A stretch of 64,000 bases of DNA. Origin: Legionellaceae bacterium (GTDB lineage: Bacteria; Pseudomonadota; Gammaproteobacteria; Legionellales; Legionellaceae). Each line of letters opens with the position of its first letter. The first letter of the stretch is position 1. Positions 8,486 through 18,791 of the stretch are shown in pieces. The notes under the pieces were generated by a model. The model was not told the DNA's origin and searched no databases. It worked only from the letters and a program-made list of their open reading frames with translations. Both the position numbers and the translations under genes were made by a program. The stretch lies in contig JAALKW010000002.1 in NCBI GenBank assembly GCA_011087865.1, positions 13,683 to 77,682 on the forward strand, written 5' to 3'.

Positions 8486-8576
8486 CACAAGCTCCTTCTC
8501 AATTAATATCAATCAAAACCCTCATGCTTAACACTAGACCATAGGCTAATATTAATCAAAAAAAACAATTAAATAG

Positions 8577-8612
8577 CAAAAAAGCCCTGCATTTTAAAAA
8601 ATACAGGGCTTT
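8577..8612 (-). terminator. Bidirectional rho-independent terminator
   Basis: aaagccctg / cagggcttt stem (8581-8589 / 8604-8612), flanked by an A-run upstream and a T-run downstream. It lies downstream of the 8666-8953 minus-strand gene. Confidence 0.7.
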
Positions 8613-8665
8613 TTCTATAGGATAAATAACCCATACCCTATGTATCGTTTTATATTGCTTGCTCT

Positions 8666-8953
8666 TTATCGAACAACTTCTCCAACATCCTGAGCACCAT
8701 CATTCAGCCCTTGATAGCCCATGCCGCCGAGCTGATCTGCAGTGTTTGTTCCATGTTTTATCAGTTGATTCACGTGTCGATGAACCTGATGCGCAGGAGG
8801 AGGCAAATCATGCTTTCTATCCATATGACGCTCCATCTGATGCTCCATACGACGCTCTTGAACCCGATGTGCTCTATCGGCATATGCAGCAGCACTGACA
8901 CCTAAAAAAGCTGTACTGAATAACACAGCTGATAAAATACTTAATATTTTCAT
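8666..8953 (-). CDS. Small secreted histidine-rich protein
   Basis: Signal peptide MKILSILSAVLFSTAFLGVSAAAYA, GAGGAG RBS. The mature region is rich in H, R and M (HRVQERRMEHQMERHMDRKHD..HQVHRH). Confidence 0.6.
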   Translation of the reverse strand: MKILSILSAVLFSTAFLGVSAAAYADRAHRVQERRMEHQMERHMDRKHDLPPPAHQVHRHVNQLIKHGTNTADQLGGMGYQGLNDGAQDVGEVVR

Positions 8954-9039
8954 GAGAAACTCCTCTACTTAATAAATTCCCAACTCATATTAAGCCTAGG
9001 GTATGATTATATTTAAATCAAGTTGGGTTATATTAATCC

Positions 9040-9933
9040 TTATTTTAAGGTCTGGCTTCGAATCACTTGAATCACAGCCGAAAAATCTAAGTCGCCAATT
9101 GTTTCAGATGCCTCAGCATACAAATCTCTTGCAGATGCCCCCATCCCGGTTTTCACACCACTAGCTTCTGCTGCATCACCCGCCAAACATAAATCTTTTA
9201 ACATCATCGCACTGGTAAAGCCCGCCTGATAATCTCTATTTGCAGGCACATCCGGCAAGACATCCGGCACAGGAGGATAAACACTCATCACCCAACTGTT
9301 ACCTGAGGCTTGTGTCGCAACTTCATGTAACTTTTGAGCAGACAAACCTAGTTTTTCAGCCAACAAAAAGGCTGCTGATGCCGCTATCATTGAAACGCCG
9401 AGCATCATGTTATTGCATATTTTCGCTGCAGCGCCGCTACCAGAAGGCCCTGCATGAATAATTATTTCGCCCATACTGGATAAAATAGGCTTTGCTTTCT
9501 CAAAAGATAACGCCTCTCCCCCTACCATAAAAGTAAGACGAGCATTCGCAGCGCCAGCCACCCCACCTGAAACAGGGGCTTCTACCATAAATAATTTGGC
9601 CTTTTCAGCCTCAGTGTGAATAAAACGTGTTGTTTCAACATCAATCGTTGAACAATCAATATAAAGCGTCCCTGACGGCATCACCTCGAAAACACCGGAC
9701 TCACCACAGCATACACTTTTGACTTGTTCACCTGTTTGCAGCATTGTAATGACAACATCTTGGTTTGAAGCTGCTTCTTTAAGATCTGAAGCAACGCGCC
9801 CACCTGCAGCTTTTAAAGCATGCATGGGAGCCAGTTCACGGTCAAAGCCAATCACTTCGTGCCCTGCTTTCAGCAAACGTTCGGCCATTGGCATGCCCAT
9901 ATGCCCTAAACCAATAAATCCAATATGCGCCAT
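9040..9933 (-). CDS. mmsB: 3-hydroxyisobutyrate dehydrogenase
   Basis: 297 aa. N-terminal Rossmann IGFIGLGHMGMPMA. HIBADH-like length, directly downstream of mmsA. Confidence 0.85.
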   Translation of the reverse strand: MAHIGFIGLGHMGMPMAERLLKAGHEVIGFDRELAPMHALKAAGGRVASDLKEAASNQDVVITMLQTGEQVKSVCCGESGVFEVMPSGTLYIDCSTIDVETTRFIHTEAEKAKLFMVEAPVSGGVAGAANARLTFMVGGEALSFEKAKPILSSMGEIIIHAGPSGSGAAAKICNNMMLGVSMIAASAAFLLAEKLGLSAQKLHEVATQASGNSWVMSVYPPVPDVLPDVPANRDYQAGFTSAMMLKDLCLAGDAAEASGVKTGMGASARDLYAEASETIGDLDFSAVIQVIRSQTLK

Positions 9934-9936
9934 CCA

Positions 9937-11454
9937 CTACTCCTTTGTTTGATGTGTTGGCATAGAAAACACGCCATCCTTTGCTTCTCCAACTTCAGGC
10001 CAACGTGCTGTCACTGTTTTAGCGCGCGTATAAAAATGCATACTTTCCGCACCATGCATCGCGGTATCTCCAAAAATAGAACGCTTCCAACCGCCAAAAG
10101 GATGCGTTGCAATGTGTACTGGAATGGGTATATTCACGCCAACCATGCCCACCTGCACTTGTTGGCTATATGCACGCGCATGATATCCTGATCCCGTAAA
10201 AATTGCTGTCCCATTGCCGTATGGATTACGGTTAACCAGCCGCACAGCCGGTTCAAAGGCTTGTACCCGTAACACCAATAAAACAGGCCCAAAAATTTCC
10301 TCTTGATAAACCGCCATCGATTCAGTCACATGATCAAAGAGTGATGGTCCTACAAAATAACCATTAGGGTAAGAGGCATGCTGAAAAGCACGTCCATCAA
10401 TCACTAAGTCTGCACCTGCCTCAACGCCACAGGTTACAGCATCTAGTACGCGCGCACGATGTGCCTCACTGATTAAAGGCCCCATATCAACAGACGCTGC
10501 ATCTCCCACATCAATCTGAATACCTTGTATTTTAGGTTTTAAGTGTCGAATTAACTCATCTGCAACCGTATCTCCGACAGCAACGACCACAGAAATGGCC
10601 ATACATCGCTCACCTGCCGAACCAAAAGCGGCTCCCATTAAAGCATTTGCAGTTTGCTCAATATCAGCGTCAGGCATAACCACTGCATGATTTTTAGCCC
10701 CCCCAAAAGTATGTGCTCGCTTCCCCTGTCGTGTTGCCTCAACATAAATCGACTTCGCAACAGGCGTTGAAGCAACGGCTGTAAAAGATGAAATATCTGG
10801 ATGCGCTAATAAATAATCAACTGTCGTTTTATCACCATGTAACACCTGAACAACACCGGGGGGTAACCCTGCCTCTTACAATAAATTTAATAAGTAATTC
10901 GCTGATAATGGCACTTGTTCAGACGGCTTTAAAATAAAAGCATTGCCCGCTGCAATCGCTGGAATCATCATCCATGTTGGCACCATAACCGGAAAATTAA
11001 ACGGCGATACACCCGCACAAACGCCTAGTGGTTCACGCGTGGTCCAGCAATCAATCGACGTTGAAACATTTGCAGAAAAAGTGCCTTGCAGTGCTTTCAA
11101 CGCGCCACAATGTAATTCAACCACCTCAATTGCACGTAAAATAGAGCCTGTTGCATCGGCCAATGTTTTACCCTGCTCTTGTGTGACAAGCGCTGCCAAT
11201 GTAGCCTGATTTTTTTCTAGCAAAGCACGAAATTTAAAAAGAACTTGTGCACGTTTAATCGGTGGCTTAGCTGACCATTGACGGAAGGCTTCTCTCGCCG
11301 TTTCAACAGCTTGCTGACAAATGATTCTATCTGCCACAGGCACTCTTGCAATGATTTCACCGGTCGCAGGATTAGTGACATCCAAAAAAGAACCGCCTTT
11401 AGGCGTCACGCGCTCCCCGCCAATCCTATGGGGTACAGTATCAATCATTATCAA
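9937..11454 (-). pseudogene. mmsA: Methylmalonate-semialdehyde dehydrogenase interrupted by one in-frame TAA (10876-10878)
   Basis: The two track ORFs (10876..11454 and 9937..10845) are in the same frame. The read-through sequence is [36 protein letters not shown]. The catalytic FGSAGERCMA motif is in the downstream part. Confidence 0.85.
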
Positions 11455-11463
11455 TCACTCCTG

Positions 11464-12204
11464 TTACAAAATATGATCTAATCCATAGGCAAGCTTACCC
11501 AATGACTGAACTTTTTGACAAGCCAAACGTAACCCAGGCATAAAAGAAATCCTATCCATTGTTTGATGTCTAATTGTTAAGGTTTCACCTGTTTGTCCAA
11601 AAATAACATCTTGCTCTGCCAGCGTCCCTGGAAGCCTTAATGAGTGAATGCGAACATCTTGATATAAAGCACCTAAAGCACCGGGTAATATTTCTTGTGC
11701 AGTTGATAAATGAGGGGATGCTTTCCGTGCATGCGCAATCAAATCAGCTGTTTTTATCGCTGTCCCTGAGGGTGCCTCTGCTTTCGCTGGATGATGCGCC
11801 TCTATAATTTCAACATCGGGTAAGTAATGCGCTGCTTCTGCGGCAAAACGCATCATTAATACAGCCGCAATTGAAAAATTAGGCACGATGAGTGCCCCCA
11901 GTTTCTTTTTTTCACACAATGCTGAGAGTGTTTTAATCTCGGGCTCAAGTAACCCGCTCGTGCCAATCACAGGACTCGCACCCTGCTCAATAATCGTTAA
12001 ACTATTTTGATAGGCACAATCCGCACGCGTTAAGTCAACAACAATATGCGCATTCATATCAATAATCGCTTGCGCTAAATCATCTGATTTCCCTAAGCCT
12101 GCAAGCAACTCAAACTCAGGTGCACTTTGCAACGTTTCACAGGCCAGGCGACCCATTTTACCAGCCGCACCGTTAACAATTACCCCTATTTTGGACACAC
12201 TCAC
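11464..12204 (-). CDS. dapB: 4-hydroxy-tetrahydrodipicolinate reductase
   Basis: 246 aa. Has GAAGKMGR and EAHHPAKAEAPSGTA motifs. The GTG start overlaps the upstream TGA stop (GTGA). Confidence 0.88.
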   Translation of the reverse strand: MSVSKIGVIVNGAAGKMGRLACETLQSAPEFELLAGLGKSDDLAQAIIDMNAHIVVDLTRADCAYQNSLTIIEQGASPVIGTSGLLEPEIKTLSALCEKKKLGALIVPNFSIAAVLMMRFAAEAAHYLPDVEIIEAHHPAKAEAPSGTAIKTADLIAHARKASPHLSTAQEILPGALGALYQDVRIHSLRLPGTLAEQDVIFGQTGETLTIRHQTMDRISFMPGLRLACQKVQSLGKLAYGLDHIL

Positions 12205-12422
12205 TCCGTTTTTTCTGATACCGATTCTGATTTAATTTTTGAGTTTGCATTAAAATAACTAATATTATCCCGATGACGAAACGCAATGATAGTGATAGGT
12301 AACCAACCAATAATTGTCACCTGAAGCGCCATTGCTCCAACAGCCAAAACAAATTTTTCTTCTAAAAGAAAAACACTCCATGGGAAAAAAAGTGCCAAAC
12401 ACGCAAATAACATCCGTTTCAT
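12201..12422 (-). CDS. Small membrane protein (2 TM), unknown function
   Basis: 73 aa, hydrophobic, translationally coupled to dapB. Confidence 0.45.
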   Translation of the reverse strand: MKRMLFACLALFFPWSVFLLEEKFVLAVGAMALQVTIIGWLPITIIAFRHRDNISYFNANSKIKSESVSEKTE

Positions 12423-12564
12423 TATCAGCTCCTCCGTTAAAATATCACCTAAATATCACCTTGTAATTATATACACCCAGCGTATACTTGCAAAACTTGA
12501 TTATTCTATATCAAACACGTTTGATTTAAACCCGGTTACAAACCATCGAAAGAGCTGAAACCTC

Positions 12565-13185
12565 ATGAGAAACCAACCTTTACACCCACGCACCGCCGTT
12601 GTAAACCAACAACAAAAAAACCATTCTAAAGTTGCACGACTCGATGCACTCACGTGGCTCACCCAACAATTTCCAAAAGCTTTTGATAATAGCGTACATA
12701 TTCAGCCACTCAAAATTGGTATTATTGATGATATCCTACTGCATGCTGAAGATGCTAAAAAGGCAGGGATATCTAAAAGCAAATTACGTGAAGCCGTGAT
12801 CTTATTCACGCGACGCATCGATTATCTCACCTGCCTTAAAATACGTGAAATGCGTGTTGATTTAAACGGCGAGCCGACAACAAAACCATCTATAGAAGAT
12901 GCTGAGTGTGCCGCATTAAAAATTAAACGTCGTATCGAAAAAAGTGCTAAAAATGCACGGTCAGCGGCCCCCAAAAAACCGTCATATACAAAAAAAACAG
13001 CTTTCGAACCACATAGACAGGAGCCTTTACCCGCCTTCAGCGCACAACAAGCTGTGTCGTCAAACACACGTCCTAAATCCACCACAATTAAACACAAAAC
13101 GGCGCGTGCTTTTGACCCCAATGCTGTTGCACGGCTCAAAGAAAAATTAGGCCTTGCTAAAAAACAAGAAACAAGCGGTGCGTAG
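12565..13185 (+). CDS. ProQ/FinO-domain RNA chaperone with a basic C-terminal tail
   Basis: LTWLTQQFPKAFD..PLKIGIIDDIL..SKSKLREAVILFTRRIDYL matches the ProQ/FinO fold signature. Confidence 0.75.
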   Translation: MRNQPLHPRTAVVNQQQKNHSKVARLDALTWLTQQFPKAFDNSVHIQPLKIGIIDDILLHAEDAKKAGISKSKLREAVILFTRRIDYLTCLKIREMRVDLNGEPTTKPSIEDAECAALKIKRRIEKSAKNARSAAPKKPSYTKKTAFEPHRQEPLPAFSAQQAVSSNTRPKSTTIKHKTARAFDPNAVARLKEKLGLAKKQETSGA

Positions 13186-13199
13186 CCAACAAAACGCGT

Positions 13200-14405
13200 T
13201 CAGTCGGCTGACACAACGTCTCGATTGTTAGCACGAGCTTCAAGCGCCGCTACTGCTGGAAGCGTTTGACCTTCTAAATATTCAAGAAACGCCCCGCCGC
13301 CTGTTGAAATATATGAAATTTGATCCGTCAAATCATACTGATCAATTGCAGCGAGTGTATCTCCGCCACCAGCGATACTAAAGGCATCACTCTTTGAAAT
13401 TGCAATCGCAAGTGCTCGCGTGCCATAAGAAAATTGCGGAAATTCAAACACGCCGACCGGCCCATTCCAAATAATTGTTCTGGCTGTATCCAGCACATCC
13501 ACATAACGCGTCACTGTTTCAGGGCCGATATCTAAAATCATGTCATCTTCAGCCATTTGCGCGAGCGTTTTATTAAACGCAGGACAGGTATCATTAAAAG
13601 ACTTGCTCACAACAACATCTGACGGCAGGGGAATTTCACAACCCGTTTTTGCTGCAAGCTCAAGAATTTCTTTGGCTTCATTTAATAACTCATGCTCACA
13701 CAAAGAAACACCCACTTCGTGCCCCTGCGCCTTTAAAAAAGTACTGGCAATACCACCACCAGGAATTAAAACATCAACACGCGTCACTAATTGCTTGAGT
13801 AAAGACAACTTAGATGAAACTTTACCCCCGCCAACAATAGCAACAATTGGCTTTTTAGGTGCTTTCAATACGTGCTGTAACGCTTCAAGCTCTCGCGTTA
13901 ATAGAGGGCCTGCAACAGCAACTGGCACATACTTTGCAACACCGCATGTTGACGCCTGCGCACGATGCGCTGTACCAAACGCATCCATCACAAAAACATC
14001 ACATAAAGCCGCTAATTGACGAGCAAGCTTCTCATCATTTGCTTTTTCACCATGATTAAATCGTACGTTTTCACACACGACGAGCTCGCCTGGCTCACAG
14101 TCAACCCCATCTAAATAATCTTTCACAAAACGAACCGGATATTTTAATCGTTCGGCTAAATAATCAGCAACCGGTGCCATTGAAAAACGTTTATCATAGA
14201 TGCCTTCTTCGGGGCGCCCTAAATGAGACAAAATAATTACAGCAGCACCTGCCTCAAGCGCTTGCTCAAGCGTCGGCAAACCTGATTGAAGCCGTTGGTC
14301 ACTATTAATAATGCCTTCTTTAATAGGTACATTAAAATCTTCACGAATTAATACGCGTTTACCACGCAGTTCTATATCGCTCATTTTGATCATATTCATG
14401 GTCAT
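13200..14405 (-). CDS. pgk: Phosphoglycerate kinase
   Basis: [23 protein letters not shown] aligns with the E. coli Pgk N-terminus, so the true start may be 14393. About 397-401 aa. Confidence 0.93.
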   Translation of the reverse strand: MTMNMIKMSDIELRGKRVLIREDFNVPIKEGIINSDQRLQSGLPTLEQALEAGAAVIILSHLGRPEEGIYDKRFSMAPVADYLAERLKYPVRFVKDYLDGVDCEPGELVVCENVRFNHGEKANDEKLARQLAALCDVFVMDAFGTAHRAQASTCGVAKYVPVAVAGPLLTRELEALQHVLKAPKKPIVAIVGGGKVSSKLSLLKQLVTRVDVLIPGGGIASTFLKAQGHEVGVSLCEHELLNEAKEILELAAKTGCEIPLPSDVVVSKSFNDTCPAFNKTLAQMAEDDMILDIGPETVTRYVDVLDTARTIIWNGPVGVFEFPQFSYGTRALAIAISKSDAFSIAGGGDTLAAIDQYDLTDQISYISTGGGAFLEYLEGQTLPAVAALEARANNRDVVSAD

Positions 14406-14408
14406 TCC

Positions 14409-15401
14409 TCAAAGATTCATCATATATAATGCTGTATCTAGCATACGATTAGAAAAACCCCATTCATTATCGTACCACGCAACTACTTTAACCAAAGACC
14501 CTAACACTTTCGTTTGTGTCACATCAAAAACAGCTGAAGCTGGATAATGATTAAAGTCACACGATACCAAAGGTTCTGCATTAATATGTAAAACGTGGCT
14601 CTCAGCATCCCGCATGATTGCATTCACTTCGTCAACCGTCGTTTGACGCTGACTTACAAACGTTAAGTCAATCACAGACACATTTTGCGTTGGAACACGC
14701 ATAGCGAATCCATCCAGTTTACCAGCGAGCTCCGGTAAAACCAAGCCAACAGCAATTGCTGCACCTGTTTTAGTCGGAATAATAGAATGTGCCGCGGCCC
14801 TTGCACGACGCACATCTTGGTGATGTCCATCTAGCAATAATTGAGCTTTGGTATATGCATGAATTGTATTTAATAGGCCTGATTCTATTCCAATCGCTTC
14901 ATGTAAAGGCTGAACCACCGGTGCCAAACAATTGGTGGTACAAGAAGCTGCCGACACAATCGTGTCCGTTGCGCGTAGGTTCTCATGATTCACACCATAT
15001 ACAACCGTTGCATCCATCTCCGTTCCAGGCGCTGAAATCAATACTTTTTTAGCCCCTGCTTCAAGATGTGCTGCAGCCGCCGCACGTGATGTAAAGTGCC
15101 CCGTACACTCAAATACTAAATCAATCTCTAAATCTTTCCATGGTAACTCAGCTGGCACACGTGAACCTGTGACTTGAATAACATGACCATCAATCACTAA
15201 ATGTCCGTCTGCCACCGTCACTTCATGCGGAAAACGACCATGCGTTGAATCATAACGTGTACAATGCGCGGTACTTTCAACCCCTGATGAATCATTAATA
15301 GCCACCACCTCGAATTCATCAAGACGCCCTGATTCAAAAATTGATCGTAATACACAACGCCCAATACGCCCATACCCACTAATTGCAACACGTTTTTTCA
15401 T
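14409..15401 (-). CDS. gap: Glyceraldehyde-3-phosphate dehydrogenase
   Basis: 330 aa. Has INGYGRIGR-like SGYGRIGR and the active-site [10 protein letters not shown]. Confidence 0.92.
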   Translation of the reverse strand: MKKRVAISGYGRIGRCVLRSIFESGRLDEFEVVAINDSSGVESTAHCTRYDSTHGRFPHEVTVADGHLVIDGHVIQVTGSRVPAELPWKDLEIDLVFECTGHFTSRAAAAAHLEAGAKKVLISAPGTEMDATVVYGVNHENLRATDTIVSAASCTTNCLAPVVQPLHEAIGIESGLLNTIHAYTKAQLLLDGHHQDVRRARAAAHSIIPTKTGAAIAVGLVLPELAGKLDGFAMRVPTQNVSVIDLTFVSQRQTTVDEVNAIMRDAESHVLHINAEPLVSCDFNHYPASAVFDVTQTKVLGSLVKVVAWYDNEWGFSNRMLDTALYMMNL

Positions 15402-17398
15402 GACTCACATTTCTCCGAAAAAAAGATTTGAACGGCCTCTATCACACGCTCTACCGTCAACCCCAAGACTTCAAGTACATCATTGAGTGGTGCTGATAAC
15501 CCAAAAGCATCCAAACCAATCACTGTTCCCTCATGTCCTACAAACCGATACCAAGTGTCCGTGACTGCGGCTTCAATCGCAACACGTTTTAAAATTTTTC
15601 GAGGTAAAACCATTTCTTGATACGCTGCCGACTGCCTTAAAAACTGCTCCACGCAAGGCATAGACACCACCCGCGCAGAAATACCTTGCTCTAACAATCC
15701 CGCCGCTGCGTGAAGCGCTAATTGCACCTCTGATCCGGTCGCAATCAAAATAATATCTGGCGTCGCTTGCGCGTCTTTTAAAATATAACCACCACGCTTA
15801 ATTAAATCGGCTTCTGCCTTTTCATGCGGCAAAGCTGGCAAAGTTTGACGCGACAATAAAATACTCGTTGGCCCTGCCATATTTAATAGGGCCTGCTGCC
15901 AGGCAACCGCTGTTTCCATTAAATCAGCCGGTCGCCATACATCTAAACCGGGTATCATTCTAAGACTTGCCGTCTGCTCAATCGGCTGATGTGTGGGGCC
16001 ATCTTCTCCAAGACCCACTGAATCATGTGTATACACAAAAATAACGCGTATTTTCATCAACGACGCTAATCGAAGCGCTGGACGGGCATAATCAGAAAAC
16101 ACCAAGAATGTACCACCATAAGGAATCATCCCTCCATGCAAGGCCATCCCATTCATGATGGCCGACATCCCAAACTCACGTACACCATAGTGCAAATAAT
16201 TACCATCCCAGACTGTTTTAGACAATGCTTTGCTACCTGACCAGTCTGTATTATTTGAGCCGGTTAAATCTGCTGAACCGCCCAAAAGCTCAGGCAAATA
16301 TACCGCATAATGGTTTAAGCACTGTTGAGATGCTTTGCGTGTCGCAAGTGCTTTTTGTTCTATGCGACACTGTTCAATAAAGGCATCACTGATCTCACAA
16401 AAACTATCCGGCAAATCACCGTTTGAAACTCGTAATAAGGCATTATAATCTTCAGGATAATCCGTTGCATATGCATCTAATTGCTTTAACCAGCTATCTT
16501 CCAATAATACGCCTGCTTCTATTCCTGACCATGCTGCATACAAATCATCTGGAATCTAAAAAGGCGAATAGCCCCAATTGAGTCGTCGACGTAATTGCGC
16601 CATGTCTTCCGCGCCCAGCGGCGCTCCATGTGTCGCCTCACTGCCCGCCTGCTCCGAGCCATAACCAATCACTGTTTTACAAATAATTAAAGTGGGTTTA
16701 TTGGTTTCAGCATGTGCCATTTTAATAGCCGCTTCAATGGCTTGTTCATCATGGCCATCAACAGCCTCAATCACATGCCAGTCATAAGAGTGAAATCGCT
16801 CGGCGGTATCATCAGTAAACCAAGCGTCGATATGACCATCAATCGAAATACCATTTGCATCATAAAATACAATTAATCGCGAAAGCCCAAGCGTCCCGGC
16901 CAATGAACATGCCTCATGCGAAACACCCTCCATCAGGCAGCCATCTCCCACAAAAACATAGGTAAAATGATTGATTATGTCTGCATCTTGTTTATTGAAT
17001 CGTGCGGCCAACTGCTGCTCAGCCACGGCCATCCCGACAGCATTAGCAAGACCTTGCCCCAAGGGTCCTGTTGTGGTTTCAACGCCTGGAGTTTCAAGAC
17101 GCTCTGGATGACCCGGCGTTTTTGAATGTAGCTGTCTAAATTGCTTTAAATCTTCAATGCTTAAATCATATCCTGTGAGATGCAATAATGCATATAACAA
17201 CATTGACCCATGTCCATTAGACAGCACAAACCTATCTCGATTCAACCAGTCAGGGTTACTAGGGTTATGCTTTAAAAACTTAGTCCAAAGCACTGTCGCA
17301 ATATCAGCCATACCAAGGGGCATCCCAGGATGTCCTGATTGCGCGGCATTCACCGCATCCACACTCAGAAAACGAATAGCTGAAGCAAGTTTATCCAT
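15398..17398 (-). pseudogene. tkt: Transketolase interrupted by one in-frame TAG (16556-16558)
   Basis: Start at [29 protein letters not shown]. The junction reads [22 protein letters not shown], versus E. coli TktA YAPFEIPSEIYAQW. Both halves are otherwise fully conserved. Confidence 0.88.
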
Positions 17399-17480
17399 AA
17401 AAAACACCAAACATTCCACATAAAACAAAAGGGCCTTATTGTCGCTCAGAACCCAAAACACAGCAAGCGCTCATTAAAAC

Positions 17481-17520
17481 ACCTAAAAAATATCTAAAAA
17501 TATCTAAAAATGCATAAAAA
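17481..17520. repeat. Four phased A-tracts with a 10-bp period (acctaaaaaa tatctaaaaa tatctaaaaa tgcataaaaa)
   Basis: Read directly from the sequence, in the divergent tkt / 17542 promoter region. Confidence 0.8.
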
Positions 17521-17541
17521 AAGTGATTTTAATGCTTTTTT

Positions 17542-18756
17542 ATGGTACAGTTCGCGCACTATATTAAATACAGTCACTCAATGTCATTAATTTATAGACA
17601 ACTTGAAATACAACAGGTCATTTCTGAGGGCGCGCCTTTAGACAATGCACAGTTCAACCTCCTTGCTGAAAACGCCTGGCTTTGGCGCGTCCAATATCGC
17701 GCGTACTGCGCACATCTCATCGCACACCTCAGTACATCAACCACGAATACCCATGATGAAAAAACACGCCATGAAATCCAAGCCACTTTAAGGCTCGCAA
17801 AATTACTTGAAGCGCTTCATGAGCGCCTCAACGAAATGCCCATCAAAACCAAATTTAGTCAGGATAGCGTCATATTAGAAAATTTATTGAACCCAACATC
17901 AGACCATACACCTGAATCCGATGCCTCTAATTTCCCAGGCTCCGTTCAACAAGCCACCTTTCAGACAGATACCACAAGACTGTTGACTGGCCACACACGG
18001 CGCATTTGCCTTGGACTGCTCGCTTTTCCTAAAACATTTACGCATGACTTAACCTGGATCGAACAATTTTCAACCGCTCTCGGCCCAATATTAACCCTTG
18101 CTGGTTTTTTAATTTATCTCCCACGGACAATTGTCAATGGCTTTTTACTCCCGCTCCGACTGTCTGAAAAACAATCCATTCCACTCGTATCTCGACTTCA
18201 AGCACATGCTGAAATTGATGACCGTTTATTTAATTTAATCAACGATTTTCCGTCTGTCATCTCGGGCACCATTTCTGTGTTTATGCTAACCGCATCAACG
18301 GCATGGTTAGCCGCTTATATTACTGTGGCCGTAAAGTTATGCGAAGTTATTTTTTCTGCCCTAAAAAGTCATTATGATGTCTCAAAACTTGAAAATATGC
18401 GCGAACAATATAATAGCATGAGCATAACAAGCGAGGCAGACACGAATTATTTAGCACAGCTTGATGCGAGTATTGCGCATATTAGAGGGACGCGAAATAT
18501 AAATACCATCATGCATGCACTCTTATTACTCTGTCTTGCTGCGTTTATTCCTCCCGTGATGATGCTGCATCCTGCAATCCCTATCCTCGCCGCATGTTTT
18601 GCAATCAGCCTTGTTTGCTTACGCTTTGCTGGATTCCGTAATTTTTGGATAAATGCAGCACCACCACAAGATGATTTACAGTCTCTCAGTCTTTTTTCAT
18701 CATCAGAAACAAACAACCAAGAAGACCCCTTGACAACGCAGCAGACCCCTGTTTAA
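17542..18756 (+). CDS. Membrane protein with hydrophobic hairpins, unknown function; candidate Dot/Icm-associated protein or effector
   Basis: 404 aa (the start could be M14). Two long hydrophobic stretches and a polar C-terminus (SSSETNNQEDPLTTQQTPV). It ends 36 nt upstream of dotD on the same strand. Confidence 0.5.
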   Translation: MVQFAHYIKYSHSMSLIYRQLEIQQVISEGAPLDNAQFNLLAENAWLWRVQYRAYCAHLIAHLSTSTTNTHDEKTRHEIQATLRLAKLLEALHERLNEMPIKTKFSQDSVILENLLNPTSDHTPESDASNFPGSVQQATFQTDTTRLLTGHTRRICLGLLAFPKTFTHDLTWIEQFSTALGPILTLAGFLIYLPRTIVNGFLLPLRLSEKQSIPLVSRLQAHAEIDDRLFNLINDFPSVISGTISVFMLTASTAWLAAYITVAVKLCEVIFSALKSHYDVSKLENMREQYNSMSITSEADTNYLAQLDASIAHIRGTRNINTIMHALLLLCLAAFIPPVMMLHPAIPILAACFAISLVCLRFAGFRNFWINAAPPQDDLQSLSLFSSSETNNQEDPLTTQQTPV

Positions 18757-18791
18757 ATCAAAGTCATTCTATTTAGGCCTAAGCATTATTT

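Larger units (their letters stand above)
2619..9039. other. Accessory, island-like segment between tRNA-Asn and mmsB; no integrase seen
   Basis: It starts directly 3' of a tRNA gene. Content is non-housekeeping: YhcG-like nuclease, TraE-like protein, CI-like repressor, orphan secreted and membrane proteins. Conserved metabolic genes resume at 9040. Confidence 0.5.

Noticed and set aside
13540-14019. 159-aa plus-strand ORF, and similar long antisense ORFs (for example 479-707, 12822-13139, 24881-25291, 21441-21743, 55676-55972, 34922-35221)
   Set aside because: All lie antisense to, or out of frame within, strongly conserved genes (pgk, uvrB, ProQ-like, icmW, dotA, lpxD leader, rho). They have low-complexity or Ser/Cys/Arg-rich compositions typical of shadow ORFs.
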